Shown: one piece after another, positions 10,627 to 19,618 of the stretch | How the letters are laid out: each line of letters begins with the position of its first letter | Numbering within the stretch: position 1 is the first letter of the stretch | Assembly: GCA_020444515.1 (NCBI GenBank) | Contig: JAHLKX010000003.1 | Coordinates: forward strand, 384,997 to 448,996 | Length of the DNA stretch: 64,000 bases | From: Bacteroidota bacterium | GTDB lineage: Bacteria; Bacteroidota; Bacteroidia; Bacteroidales; JAADJA01 | Direction of reading: 5' to 3' | Notes under the pieces: model-generated | Database searches by the model: none | What the model was told of the DNA's origin: nothing | Seen by the model: the letters and a program-made list of their open reading frames with translations, nothing else | Made by a program: the position numbers and the translations under genes

Positions 10627-12276
10627 ATGCGTTTACAGAAATCGATCATCGTATTTTTCCTGACTGTTATGAGCTGGCAGTTTGTGGCGGGACAGCAGAA
10701 ATTGGAGGCTTATTTTGGGGAAGCTAACAGGGATGAAGGATGTGCCGACATTATTGAGATGTATGATAAGGGTTACTATATAATAGGTGGATTCGAGGAA
10801 GAAAATAACAATTGGAATGGTTGGAATATTAAAACAGATGTTAACCTGGAAATTATTTATGAAAAAGTTCTTGAAAACTCATTAAGCACTTTTGCACCAT
10901 TCAGTTCGGTATCTGATAATCATGGGAACATTTACATCACAGGGTTTATGAATTATCCTGATCAATGGCCTTTTGTAGTCAAAATAGATTCTTGTGGAAA
11001 TAAACAGTGGTGTAAAGTATTGATTTATGAGGATGAATTCAATTACGGATCAGGAATAGATATTATTTTACCTGGAAATAATGAAGTTGTGATACTAGCA
11101 ACATTGATAGATGACGAACAACCGGCGGATCAAATAAATATGACGCATTTAATAGGTTTGAGTGATGAAGGAGAAGTACTGTGGAAAAAGCCCTATGCTT
11201 CAAGAAATGATTACTCATGGATAAGACAGCCTCAGGGGCGTAGTATAAAGGAGATTAATGATGATTATTACATATCTGGCTTTTGTTACTGGCCCTATCC
11301 GGACGACACGACACATTGGTTCCTCCGTCCGCTTTTTATTGGAATAGATAGCCTCTTTGATGAAAAATGGATATTGCCGTTTGCCCCATTGGATTCGGTC
11401 TTTGGTGATGCTTTCAGCTCAATTCAATTGAATGATTCAATAATAATGGGTACAGGCATAAGAATGATAAATAATGATACGGCACATTCACTACTCATGT
11501 TTTATTCTATTGATGGAGACGAATTGGGCTATCACGAAATAATGAATTCTCAAATAGGTAACAACATCACTTTTAATCTGTTTTCCGATATTCAACAAAT
11601 CAACGATTCATTGTATATGACCACTGCATATCTGGGTTCAGAAGAATTAGGCAATCCACATTCGGAATTTATTATAGATACGGCTTGTAATTTATACAGT
11701 TATTCAATACGACCAAATACATCGGGTTGGGCATATTTAATAAAAACATTTGACAACAACTATGTAATTGCCACAAATATAGAAGAATCCAAGGGCGATG
11801 ACGACATCTACGTCTACAAAATCGACGAAAACCTCAATGATGTGCCCTTCGATCCCACACCCCACACCTACGACAGTCTCTGCCCCGGCGGCATCCAGTC
11901 CGGCACCATCGATCTCACAAGCTGTTTTGTGTGGACGGATGTGAGCGAGGCACCCTCACCGGGGGAGTATTACAGTTTCATCCAAACCATCCCTATCAAA
12001 GTGTTTCCCAATCCGGCCACAGAGAGTTCGGTTACTTTTGAGTTTGAGAATACGGAGCATTTGCCCTCAGCACCCCCCTTGGTCCCCCCAAATGGGGGGA
12101 AAGGGCCGCACCTGTCGGTTTATAATATCTTTGGTCAGTTAATTCACACAGAACGGATTTACCGCTACCAGGAGAAAACTGAAGTGAACATCAGTAGCTG
12201 GCAGAAGGGGATGTATTTCGGGGTGGTGTATTCGGGGGGTAAAGCTGTGGGGAAGTGTAAGTTCGTTGTCCAATAA
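10627..12276 (+). CDS. T9SS cargo: beta-propeller-like repeat protein with T9SS CTD (paralogue of 7196..9346 without the N-domain)
   Basis: Has its own signal-like N-terminus MRLQKSIIVFFLTVMSWQFVAGQ. EAYFGEANRDEGCADIIEMYDKGYYIIGGF aligns with KYYGEPNRKDYSYGIIETYDHGYIMCGGYF. The CTD reads FPNPATESSVTF...GKCKFVVQ. Confidence 0.8.
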   Translation: MRLQKSIIVFFLTVMSWQFVAGQQKLEAYFGEANRDEGCADIIEMYDKGYYIIGGFEEENNNWNGWNIKTDVNLEIIYEKVLENSLSTFAPFSSVSDNHGNIYITGFMNYPDQWPFVVKIDSCGNKQWCKVLIYEDEFNYGSGIDIILPGNNEVVILATLIDDEQPADQINMTHLIGLSDEGEVLWKKPYASRNDYSWIRQPQGRSIKEINDDYYISGFCYWPYPDDTTHWFLRPLFIGIDSLFDEKWILPFAPLDSVFGDAFSSIQLNDSIIMGTGIRMINNDTAHSLLMFYSIDGDELGYHEIMNSQIGNNITFNLFSDIQQINDSLYMTTAYLGSEELGNPHSEFIIDTACNLYSYSIRPNTSGWAYLIKTFDNNYVIATNIEESKGDDDIYVYKIDENLNDVPFDPTPHTYDSLCPGGIQSGTIDLTSCFVWTDVSEAPSPGEYYSFIQTIPIKVFPNPATESSVTFEFENTEHLPSAPPLVPPNGGKGPHLSVYNIFGQLIHTERIYRYQEKTEVNISSWQKGMYFGVVYSGGKAVGKCKFVVQ

Positions 12277-12537
12277 TAATATTGAGTGAAGAGATTAGTC
12301 GTCCGCCTTCGCTAACTTCTATATTGAAGTTTCGTAGTTTAAAAGCTTTGACGGACGATGTATAAGTTTTATGGAGCGCCAATGAATCATCCGATGACTG
12401 CAAGTCATCGGATGATTGAACACTCCCACCAGACTTGTTGGGCATGATTACCAAAAGCAACAAAGCAAGCTTTAATACTAATCTTTTAAAGTAAACCAAA
12501 AAAATGTTCTTCCTTACCCACAACTATAACCCCACCT

Positions 12538-12625
12538 CTATTCCTCTATTCCCCTATTCCTCTATTCCTCTATTCCCCTATTCCCCTATTCCTCTATTCC
12601 CCTATTCCCCTATTCCCCTATTCCC
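12538..12625. repeat. Tandem repeat of 11 copies of the 8-bp unit CTATTCC(C/T)
   Basis: Counted directly. Units start at 12538, 12546, 12554, 12562, 12570, 12578, 12586, 12594, 12602, 12610 and 12618. The only variation is C/T at the last position. Confidence 0.95.
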
Positions 12626-12729
12626 TGCTACCCAATTTCCCCCTCCCCTGAGGCATGCTCCCTTTTGTTAAAAAATCTAAAAACGAAAAAATCACAATAA
12701 GGAGGCTGATTTTGTTCTGATTAAAAACC

Positions 12730-12737
12730 TATCTTTG
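12730..12737 (+). promoter_or_regulatory. -7 promoter box TATCTTTG upstream of the PPIase gene
   Basis: Exact TAnnTTTG match, with a TTTG at 12711..12714 upstream. The ATG is at 12780. Confidence 0.45.
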
Positions 12738-12779
12738 CGCCTCGTAAACAGCAAACAATAAACTGAATTTGAATAAAAA

Positions 12780-14762
12780 ATGAACAGCTTAAGATTTTTG
12801 GTTTTGACAATGGCCCTGCTGATCGGAGGGGGCGTCTATGCGCAGGATAACCGTGCACTCATCACCATCGACGGAGAGGATGTGTCTGTAGACGATTTCA
12901 TGTATGTCTACAAAAAGAACAATACCCAGGAAAACGCCATGGATAAAAAGTCGATTGAAGAATACCTGGACCTGTATATCAATTTCAAACTCAAGGTAAA
13001 AGAAGCCGAGAACCAGGGACTGGATACCGTTCAATCCTTTATTGATGAACTGGCTGGTTACCGAAAGCAACTGGCAGAACCCTATTTCGTAAATGACGAG
13101 ATCATGGAAGAGATGCTCGAAGAGGCCTACGAGCGGAAAAAAACAGATATTCGTGCCAGTCATATCCTGTTCAGGGTCGGACCGAATGCCATGCCCGAAG
13201 ACACACTGGCAGCCTGGAATAAAGCCATGGAAGCCCGAAAGCGGATCATGGACGGTGAAGACTTTTCAACCGTTGCCAAAGAGGTTTCTGAAGACCCTTC
13301 AGCCCGTGACCGGGAAGCACAACGCGGTGGTCGTGTGATTCCGGGCAATGGTGGCGACCTGGGTTATTTCAGCGTTTTTGATATGGTTTATCCTTTTGAA
13401 ACCGGCGCCTACAACCTCGAAATCGGGGAATTATCCATGCCCATCCGGTCCGATTTTGGTTATCATATCATCAAAGTCACCGATCGCATTCCCGCCCAGG
13501 GCTCCATTGAAGCAGCCCACCTCTTCCTTCAGATGCCCGAAGAAGCCACTGCCGCTGATTCAACAGCCATCAAAGAAGAAGCCTGGAACCTTTACAAACG
13601 CATCCAGGAAGGTGAAAACTTTGAAGATCTGGTAAAAGAATATTCTGACGATAAAGGTTCAGCAAATCGCGGTGGAGTATTGCCCAAATTCAATGTCAAT
13701 CGCATGGTACCGGAGTTCATCCAGGTGATTAGTCAAATGAGCGACTCCGGTGATATTTCCGAACCGGTGCTCACCAGTTACGGATGGCACATTGTAAAAC
13801 TGCTTGGAAAAACAGGCTTACAGCCATTTGATGAAGTGAAGGACGATATGGAAAAACGACTTGAGAAAGATCGTCGGGCTCAGAAAAGCACCGAGGTGAT
13901 CATTCGGGATATTAAAAATGAATATAACTATAAAGAGATCCCCAAAAACCTGGGAATCATTTATGATATGGTTGATTCCACCATCTATGAAGGAAAGTGG
14001 AGTGTACCGGAAGATGCTGATCTGTCGAAACCGGTGATCACCCTTGGCGATGCCGAATATTCTCAGCAGATGTTTGCTGATTTCATTGCCTCAAAGCAAA
14101 ATATTTCACAACAGGAAAACATCAAGGAATTCATCAATAAAAAATTCAAAGAGTTCAGCGATCTTAAATGCAAGGAATATGAAGACAGCAGGCTTGAAGA
14201 TAAATATCCTGAATTCAAGGCCATCGTTAAAGAATATCGTGATGGTATCTTATTGTTTGAATTGACCAATGAAAAGATCTGGTCCTATGCCGGAAAGGAT
14301 ACCGTTGGATTGCAAAACTACTACAATGAGCACAAGAAGGATTTTATGTGGGATACCCGTCTGGACGCTTCAATTGTGACCGTAATGGATACCGCTTATC
14401 TGGATAAGATCCGCGCACTGGCCGAGGCCGGTAAATCAGATGACGAGATCCTGACTGAGATCAACGGCGATTCACTGGATGTGGTTCGCATCGAACATAA
14501 AAAGTTCCAGAAAGAAGAAAACAAGATCATCGACGGGATCAAGTGGAAAAAAGGGATAACCGAAAATATGAAAGATAAAGGTCGCACCCTGTTTGTTATT
14601 GTACATGAAAAAGTAGCGCCGCAACCCAAGACCTTTGATGAAGCCCGTGGGCTGATCACTGCAGGTTATCAGGAATACCTCGAAAAAGAGTGGATCGAAG
14701 AACTCCGTGCGAAATATCCGGTCGTTGTTCATGAGGAAGTGCTGGAATCCATCATAGAATAA
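12780..14762 (+). CDS. Periplasmic peptidylprolyl isomerase, parvulin-type (SurA/PpiD-like, two PpiC domains)
   Basis: Signal peptide present. Parvulin signatures are ASHILF...FGYHIIKV and RGGVLPKF...YGWHIVKL. Confidence 0.85.
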   Translation: MNSLRFLVLTMALLIGGGVYAQDNRALITIDGEDVSVDDFMYVYKKNNTQENAMDKKSIEEYLDLYINFKLKVKEAENQGLDTVQSFIDELAGYRKQLAEPYFVNDEIMEEMLEEAYERKKTDIRASHILFRVGPNAMPEDTLAAWNKAMEARKRIMDGEDFSTVAKEVSEDPSARDREAQRGGRVIPGNGGDLGYFSVFDMVYPFETGAYNLEIGELSMPIRSDFGYHIIKVTDRIPAQGSIEAAHLFLQMPEEATAADSTAIKEEAWNLYKRIQEGENFEDLVKEYSDDKGSANRGGVLPKFNVNRMVPEFIQVISQMSDSGDISEPVLTSYGWHIVKLLGKTGLQPFDEVKDDMEKRLEKDRRAQKSTEVIIRDIKNEYNYKEIPKNLGIIYDMVDSTIYEGKWSVPEDADLSKPVITLGDAEYSQQMFADFIASKQNISQQENIKEFINKKFKEFSDLKCKEYEDSRLEDKYPEFKAIVKEYRDGILLFELTNEKIWSYAGKDTVGLQNYYNEHKKDFMWDTRLDASIVTVMDTAYLDKIRALAEAGKSDDEILTEINGDSLDVVRIEHKKFQKEENKIIDGIKWKKGITENMKDKGRTLFVIVHEKVAPQPKTFDEARGLITAGYQEYLEKEWIEELRAKYPVVVHEEVLESIIE

Positions 14763-14774
14763 AAACCTGCACCA

Positions 14775-15611
14775 TTGAAAAAATATCTCTGGTTATTACT
14801 CATCCCGCTAAGCTCCTGTTGGAACAACGACAGGAGTTCGGAAAATGTACTGGCCAGGGTTTACAATGAATACCTGTATGAATCGGATCTGCAGGGTGTG
14901 ATTCGACCCGGAACCAGCGTAAAGGACAGTATCATGCTGGCCCAGAACTTCATCAACAATTGGGTACAGGAAAAACTTGTTTTGGAAAAAGCCGAAAAAA
15001 ATCTTCCGGAAGACGATTTAAAGTTTGAAAAGCAACTGGAGGATTACCGCAATTCCCTCATCATTTATAAATATGAATCAAACCTGATTTTACAGGAATT
15101 GGACACCACGGTCACAGATCAGCAGATCGAAGATTATTACAATCATAACATCGGGAATTTCCAGCTCAAAAATGACATCGTAAAAGCTTATTATGCCAGG
15201 TTTGATCAAGAGATGGAAAAATTAGGTACCATCCGGCGTTTCTTTTATTCAAATGATACAGAGGACCGGGATTCACTGGACCGTTACATTGAGGAATATG
15301 CCGATCTTTATTTCCTGAACGATGAGGTATGGATACAGTTTGATGATGTGCTGCGGCACGTTCCCATTAACACCTACAATCAGGAGGCTTATTTACAAAA
15401 TCATCGCCGGGTTGAGATTACAGAAGAACCGTTTGTTTATTTTGTTCACATCACCGATTTTATGATCAAAGATGGAGTTTCCCCACTGAGTTTTGAAAAG
15501 GAAAACATCCGGCAGATCCTCTTGAATCAACGAAAACTCAAGTTGGTGAATGACATGCGGGAAGAGGTTTTCCAATCGGCACTCGAAAACAACGAATTCG
15601 AAATTTATTAA
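14775..15611 (+). CDS. Hypothetical lipoprotein in the PPIase/SurA chaperone cluster
   Basis: TTG start with a lipobox-like LIPLSSC. It sits between two parvulin genes on the same strand. No catalytic motif was recognised. Confidence 0.55.
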   Translation: MKKYLWLLLIPLSSCWNNDRSSENVLARVYNEYLYESDLQGVIRPGTSVKDSIMLAQNFINNWVQEKLVLEKAEKNLPEDDLKFEKQLEDYRNSLIIYKYESNLILQELDTTVTDQQIEDYYNHNIGNFQLKNDIVKAYYARFDQEMEKLGTIRRFFYSNDTEDRDSLDRYIEEYADLYFLNDEVWIQFDDVLRHVPINTYNQEAYLQNHRRVEITEEPFVYFVHITDFMIKDGVSPLSFEKENIRQILLNQRKLKLVNDMREEVFQSALENNEFEIY

Positions 15612-15652
15612 CCGGTCTGATACTATTTTACAGATCAGGATGTTTATAGGAT

Positions 15653-17056
15653 ATGATTCAGAATATGACATTTAATACAATGATTTCAAGGGCGTCGCTG
15701 GTGTGGTTTCATTGCCTGATTATGGCCGGCATTCTTCTTTCTTTGCCGGTTAGTGGCCAGGAAGAAGCTCCTGAAGGCATCGTCATCGACCAGGTGATTG
15801 CGGTAGTAGGCGGAAATGTGGTACTGCAATCGGAACTGGAAGCACAGTATGTTCAATATACCATGCAGGAAGGCGCCCCCTCTGATGAGACCAAGATGAA
15901 ATGTGATCTGCTGGAAAATATGATCTATCAAAAATTATTGCTCAACCAGGCAGAACTCGACAGCGTGGAAATTTCAGACGGGCAGGTAGAATCAGAACTT
16001 GACAGAAGATTACGCTACTATATATCATTGCTGGGATCAAAGGAAAAATTTGAAGAGTTTTATCAAAAATCGGTTGTGGAATTCAAGGAAGAATTGCGGG
16101 AACAGGTGCGCGAATTGATGATGGTGGAAAGTGTGCAACAATCGCTCACAGCTGATGTCAAGATCACTCCGACGGAGATCCGGCAATTTTATAAAGATAT
16201 TCCACAGGACAGCCTTCCCTTTATCAATTCGGAGGTGCGACTGGCACAGATCGTCAAATTACCGCCGGTCAACGCCGAAGAAGTGGAAAGGGTCAAGAAC
16301 AAATTACAGGAGATACGCTACCGGGTGATCAATGGAGAAAATTTTGCCACCCTGGCCATTCTTTATTCAGAAGATCCCGGCAGTTCTAAACAAGGGGGTG
16401 AATTAGGATTGTTTGGCCGCGGTGAAATGTATCCTGAATTTGAGGCGGCTGCCTTTTCACTGAAGGATAAAAATGAAATATCCGATATTGTAAAGACCGA
16501 TGCGGGGTATCACATTCTTCAGTTGATCGAACGGCGCGGTGAATATGTGAACGTGCGTCACATTCTCCTGCGTCCCAAGGTGTCTCCACTCGATTTGGCA
16601 AAAGCCAAGGTGGAACTTGATAGCATTGCCAACCTCATTGATACGGGCGTATACACATTTGAGGATGCAGTGGTAGCGTTTTCGGAGGATCCCAGTAAAA
16701 ACAACGGGGGTCTGGTGATCAATCCAATGACCAATACATCATTGTTTGAGGCTGATCAGCTGGATCCCAAGGTATTTTTCGTGATCGACAAACTGGAGGT
16801 AGGTGAAATTTCAGCACCGGTCCAGTTTCAGACACAGGAAGGAAAAGATGCCTATCGGATTTTGTATGTAAAAGAACGTACCGAACCGCATCAGGCAAAT
16901 CTGAAACAGGACTATGATAAAATCCAGGAATGGGCGCTGGAACAAAAAAAACAGGAAGAACTCCAGAAATGGGTGGAAGAAAAGGTCAAGAATACATACC
17001 TGAAAGTGAATGACACATTTAAGGATTGCACCTTTACCAATAACTGGTCGCTTTAA
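15653..17056 (+). CDS. SurA-like periplasmic chaperone / parvulin PPIase
   Basis: SurA N-terminal style segment [22 protein letters not shown]. Parvulin motifs are [17 protein letters not shown] and [13 protein letters not shown]. Confidence 0.85.
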   Translation: MIQNMTFNTMISRASLVWFHCLIMAGILLSLPVSGQEEAPEGIVIDQVIAVVGGNVVLQSELEAQYVQYTMQEGAPSDETKMKCDLLENMIYQKLLLNQAELDSVEISDGQVESELDRRLRYYISLLGSKEKFEEFYQKSVVEFKEELREQVRELMMVESVQQSLTADVKITPTEIRQFYKDIPQDSLPFINSEVRLAQIVKLPPVNAEEVERVKNKLQEIRYRVINGENFATLAILYSEDPGSSKQGGELGLFGRGEMYPEFEAAAFSLKDKNEISDIVKTDAGYHILQLIERRGEYVNVRHILLRPKVSPLDLAKAKVELDSIANLIDTGVYTFEDAVVAFSEDPSKNNGGLVINPMTNTSLFEADQLDPKVFFVIDKLEVGEISAPVQFQTQEGKDAYRILYVKERTEPHQANLKQDYDKIQEWALEQKKQEELQKWVEEKVKNTYLKVNDTFKDCTFTNNWSL

Positions 17057-17100
17057 CAGGCCTGATTGAACCACGCATAAAACCATGCGTTATCATAAAC

Positions 17101-18087
17101 ATGAATGAATCAAGAACTATGTATAAATCGGATGTAGAAGCTGTAGATGCTTTTGTAGAAAAATACAATATACTCAGGGCAGAGATTGCCAAAGTGATAG
17201 TTGGACAGGACCGTGTTGTTCAGGATGTGCTGATCGCTATTTTCAGCAAAGGTCATGGATTGCTGGTAGGGGTGCCGGGGCTTGCCAAGACACTCCTTGT
17301 CAATACCATTTCCAAAGCACTGGGACTCACCTATAGCCGAATCCAGTTTACCCCCGACCTGATGCCATCGGATATTATTGGCACGGAGATCCTTGATGAA
17401 ACGCGTCATTTCAGGTTTATCAAAGGACCCGTATTTGCGAATATCATTCTTGCCGATGAGATCAACCGGACTCCTCCCAAAACACAATCAGCCCTGCTGG
17501 AAGCTATGCAGGAAAAAGCAGTTACAGTTGCCGGTCAGCGTTATACATTGCAGGAACCTTTTTTTGTGTTGGCAACACAAAACCCCATTGAACAGGAGGG
17601 AACCTATCCCCTTCCCGAGGCTCAGCTCGACCGTTTCATGTTCAATATCTGGCTCGATTATCCATCCTTTGAAGAAGAGATCAATGTGGTAAAAGCCACT
17701 ACCAAAGAAACGGTTACCGATGTCAATGTAGTGCTCCATGCCGATGAGATCATTTATTTTCAAAACCTTATTCGAAGGATTCCGGTTACAGATAATGTAC
17801 TTGAGTACGCGGTGAAATTGGTATCTCAAACCCGACCCGGAACCAACGGATGCCATCCATGGGCCAATGATTATCTTACCTGGGGAGCCGGACCACGGGC
17901 CTCTCAATACCTGATCATCGGAGCCAAATGCCATGCTGCCATCCATGGTAAATACGCGCCCGACATCGCAGATGTGCAGGCCGTTGCAACCACTGTTCTT
18001 CGCCACCGGATCGTTCGCAATTATAAAGCAGAGGCCGAAGGTGTGAAGGTAGAAGACCTGATCAATGAACTTTTGAAACAGGAATAG
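17101..18087 (+). CDS. MoxR-family AAA+ ATPase
   Basis: Walker A GVPGLAKT, Walker B IILADEINR, and PLPEAQLDRF, typical of MoxR/RavA-like ATPases. Confidence 0.9.
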   Translation: MNESRTMYKSDVEAVDAFVEKYNILRAEIAKVIVGQDRVVQDVLIAIFSKGHGLLVGVPGLAKTLLVNTISKALGLTYSRIQFTPDLMPSDIIGTEILDETRHFRFIKGPVFANIILADEINRTPPKTQSALLEAMQEKAVTVAGQRYTLQEPFFVLATQNPIEQEGTYPLPEAQLDRFMFNIWLDYPSFEEEINVVKATTKETVTDVNVVLHADEIIYFQNLIRRIPVTDNVLEYAVKLVSQTRPGTNGCHPWANDYLTWGAGPRASQYLIIGAKCHAAIHGKYAPDIADVQAVATTVLRHRIVRNYKAEAEGVKVEDLINELLKQE

Positions 18088-18149
18088 GGTTGATCCATTG
18101 CCTTTTATTTATATTTTTGTATCCATCATTTCCAACAAAAACATAACGC

Positions 18150-19142
18150 ATGGTAGACCTGAAAACAAATTACCTCGGATTATCACTCCGCAACCCTGTT
18201 ATTGTCGGTAGCTCAGGACTGACAGATTCAGCAGAAAAAATCAAAAAACTGGAAGACAACGGAGCCGGTGCAGTGGTGCTGAAATCTATTTTCGAGGAGG
18301 AAATTACCCTTGAATATGAAAAGATCATTGCTGACGAAGCACCCAAACGATACAAGGATGAATTTCTGGATTACCTGGATTATAGAATAAAAGAGCAGAA
18401 TATCAGCAAATATGTCCAATTAATTGCAGATGCCAAAAAGGCTGTGGATATCCCGATCATTGCAAGTGTTAACTGTTCATCGAAACATGAGTGGACCAAT
18501 TTTGCCAAAGAACTGGAGGATGCGGGTGCCGATGCCCTGGAGGTGAATTTATTTTTATTGCCTTCAAACCTTAAATCAACCCCGGAGGAAAATGAAAAAC
18601 TCTATTTTGAGATCATCGAACGATTGAAGGAAAGGATCAAAATCCCCATTTCACTTAAGATCAGCTATTATTTTTCGAACCTTGCCCTGATGATCAAAAA
18701 CTTATCGGAATCAGGAATTGCCGGTCTGGTGTTATTTAACCGGTTTTACAGTCCTGACTTCGATATCAATAAAATGGAAGTGACGTCTACCAATGTATTA
18801 AGTCATCCTGATGAGCTGGCCATATCGCTTCGATGGGTTGCCATCATGGCCAACCGCGTCGGTTGCGACCTGGCAGCGTCCACTGGTATCCACGACGGCG
18901 ATGCCGTTGTTAAACAGCTGCTTGCCGGTGCCCGTGCCGTACAGGTTGTTTCGACCATTTACAACAATGGTCCCGAGAAGATCCAGAATATGCTCAAAGA
19001 CATCAAGAAATGGATGATCAGTAAAAACTATAAAACCATTGATGACTTCCGCGGGAAAATGAGCCAGCAGGAGATCGGTAATCCTTCGGTTTTCGAAAGG
19101 GTACAGTTCATGCGGTATTTCAGCGACCGGGATAAACGCTAG
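18150..19142 (+). CDS. Dihydroorotate dehydrogenase-like (class 1 DHOD/DHPD family) flavoprotein
   Basis: The N-terminus YLGLSLRNPVIVGSSGLTD and the TIM-barrel pattern match DHOD-like proteins. The exact substrate cannot be assigned. Confidence 0.7.
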   Translation: MVDLKTNYLGLSLRNPVIVGSSGLTDSAEKIKKLEDNGAGAVVLKSIFEEEITLEYEKIIADEAPKRYKDEFLDYLDYRIKEQNISKYVQLIADAKKAVDIPIIASVNCSSKHEWTNFAKELEDAGADALEVNLFLLPSNLKSTPEENEKLYFEIIERLKERIKIPISLKISYYFSNLALMIKNLSESGIAGLVLFNRFYSPDFDINKMEVTSTNVLSHPDELAISLRWVAIMANRVGCDLAASTGIHDGDAVVKQLLAGARAVQVVSTIYNNGPEKIQNMLKDIKKWMISKNYKTIDDFRGKMSQQEIGNPSVFERVQFMRYFSDRDKR

Positions 19143-19576
19143 TTTCGCAGCCTGACATCCACATAACCGCCCTTCTGATAATAACATTCAACATCGCAAT
19201 CATTGCGGCTGAGTTTTAGCTTTACATTGTCACCATCAATGGCATAGATGGTTTTGGTACCATCTTTATATTTTGCCTTTACCGAATAATATTCATCGGG
19301 TTTTACATCCACCCAGTAATCTTCCTTCCAGGTGGTATCTATCCAGTCGACTACACCATTTTCAAAATCGCCTTTATAGATCGTAAGTGGCACAAACGGA
19401 TTTTCACTGTTAATGGTAACCTTTGCATTGAGCTGAACCCATTCGGGTTTTTGCTGGTAACATTCCAGGCAATCAACACCCGCACTGGCAGGTTCATATC
19501 GTTCACATGAAACCATGCTCAACATAACCGGGATGAGCAACCAAAAGGTCAACCTATTTAAGACGTCTGTTTTCAT
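19139..19576 (-). CDS. Hypothetical small lipoprotein (last gene of the minus-strand envelope operon)
   Basis: Signal plus lipobox MLSMVSC, and two CxxC-like pairs (CLEC, CDVEC). It overlaps the convergent DHOD-like stop by 4 nt. Confidence 0.6.
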   Translation of the reverse strand: MKTDVLNRLTFWLLIPVMLSMVSCERYEPASAGVDCLECYQQKPEWVQLNAKVTINSENPFVPLTIYKGDFENGVVDWIDTTWKEDYWVDVKPDEYYSVKAKYKDGTKTIYAIDGDNVKLKLSRNDCDVECYYQKGGYVDVRLRN

Positions 19577-19618
19577 GCATTTAATTCTGTCTGTTTATTA
19601 GCTCATGATAAATACACA

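Noticed and set aside
12191-12523. 110-aa minus-strand ORF with a hydrophobic N-terminus adjacent to the 8-bp repeat.
   Set aside because: It overlaps the 3' end of the convergent cargo gene by about 85 nt. Its middle is encoded by the 15-bp palindrome (SSDDLQSSDD), and it has no recognisable features. It is most likely spurious, and it is mentioned only in the repeat finding.
12538-12625. Whether the repeat array could be a CRISPR array.
   Set aside because: The units are 8 bp and contiguous with no spacers, and there are no cas genes in the window.
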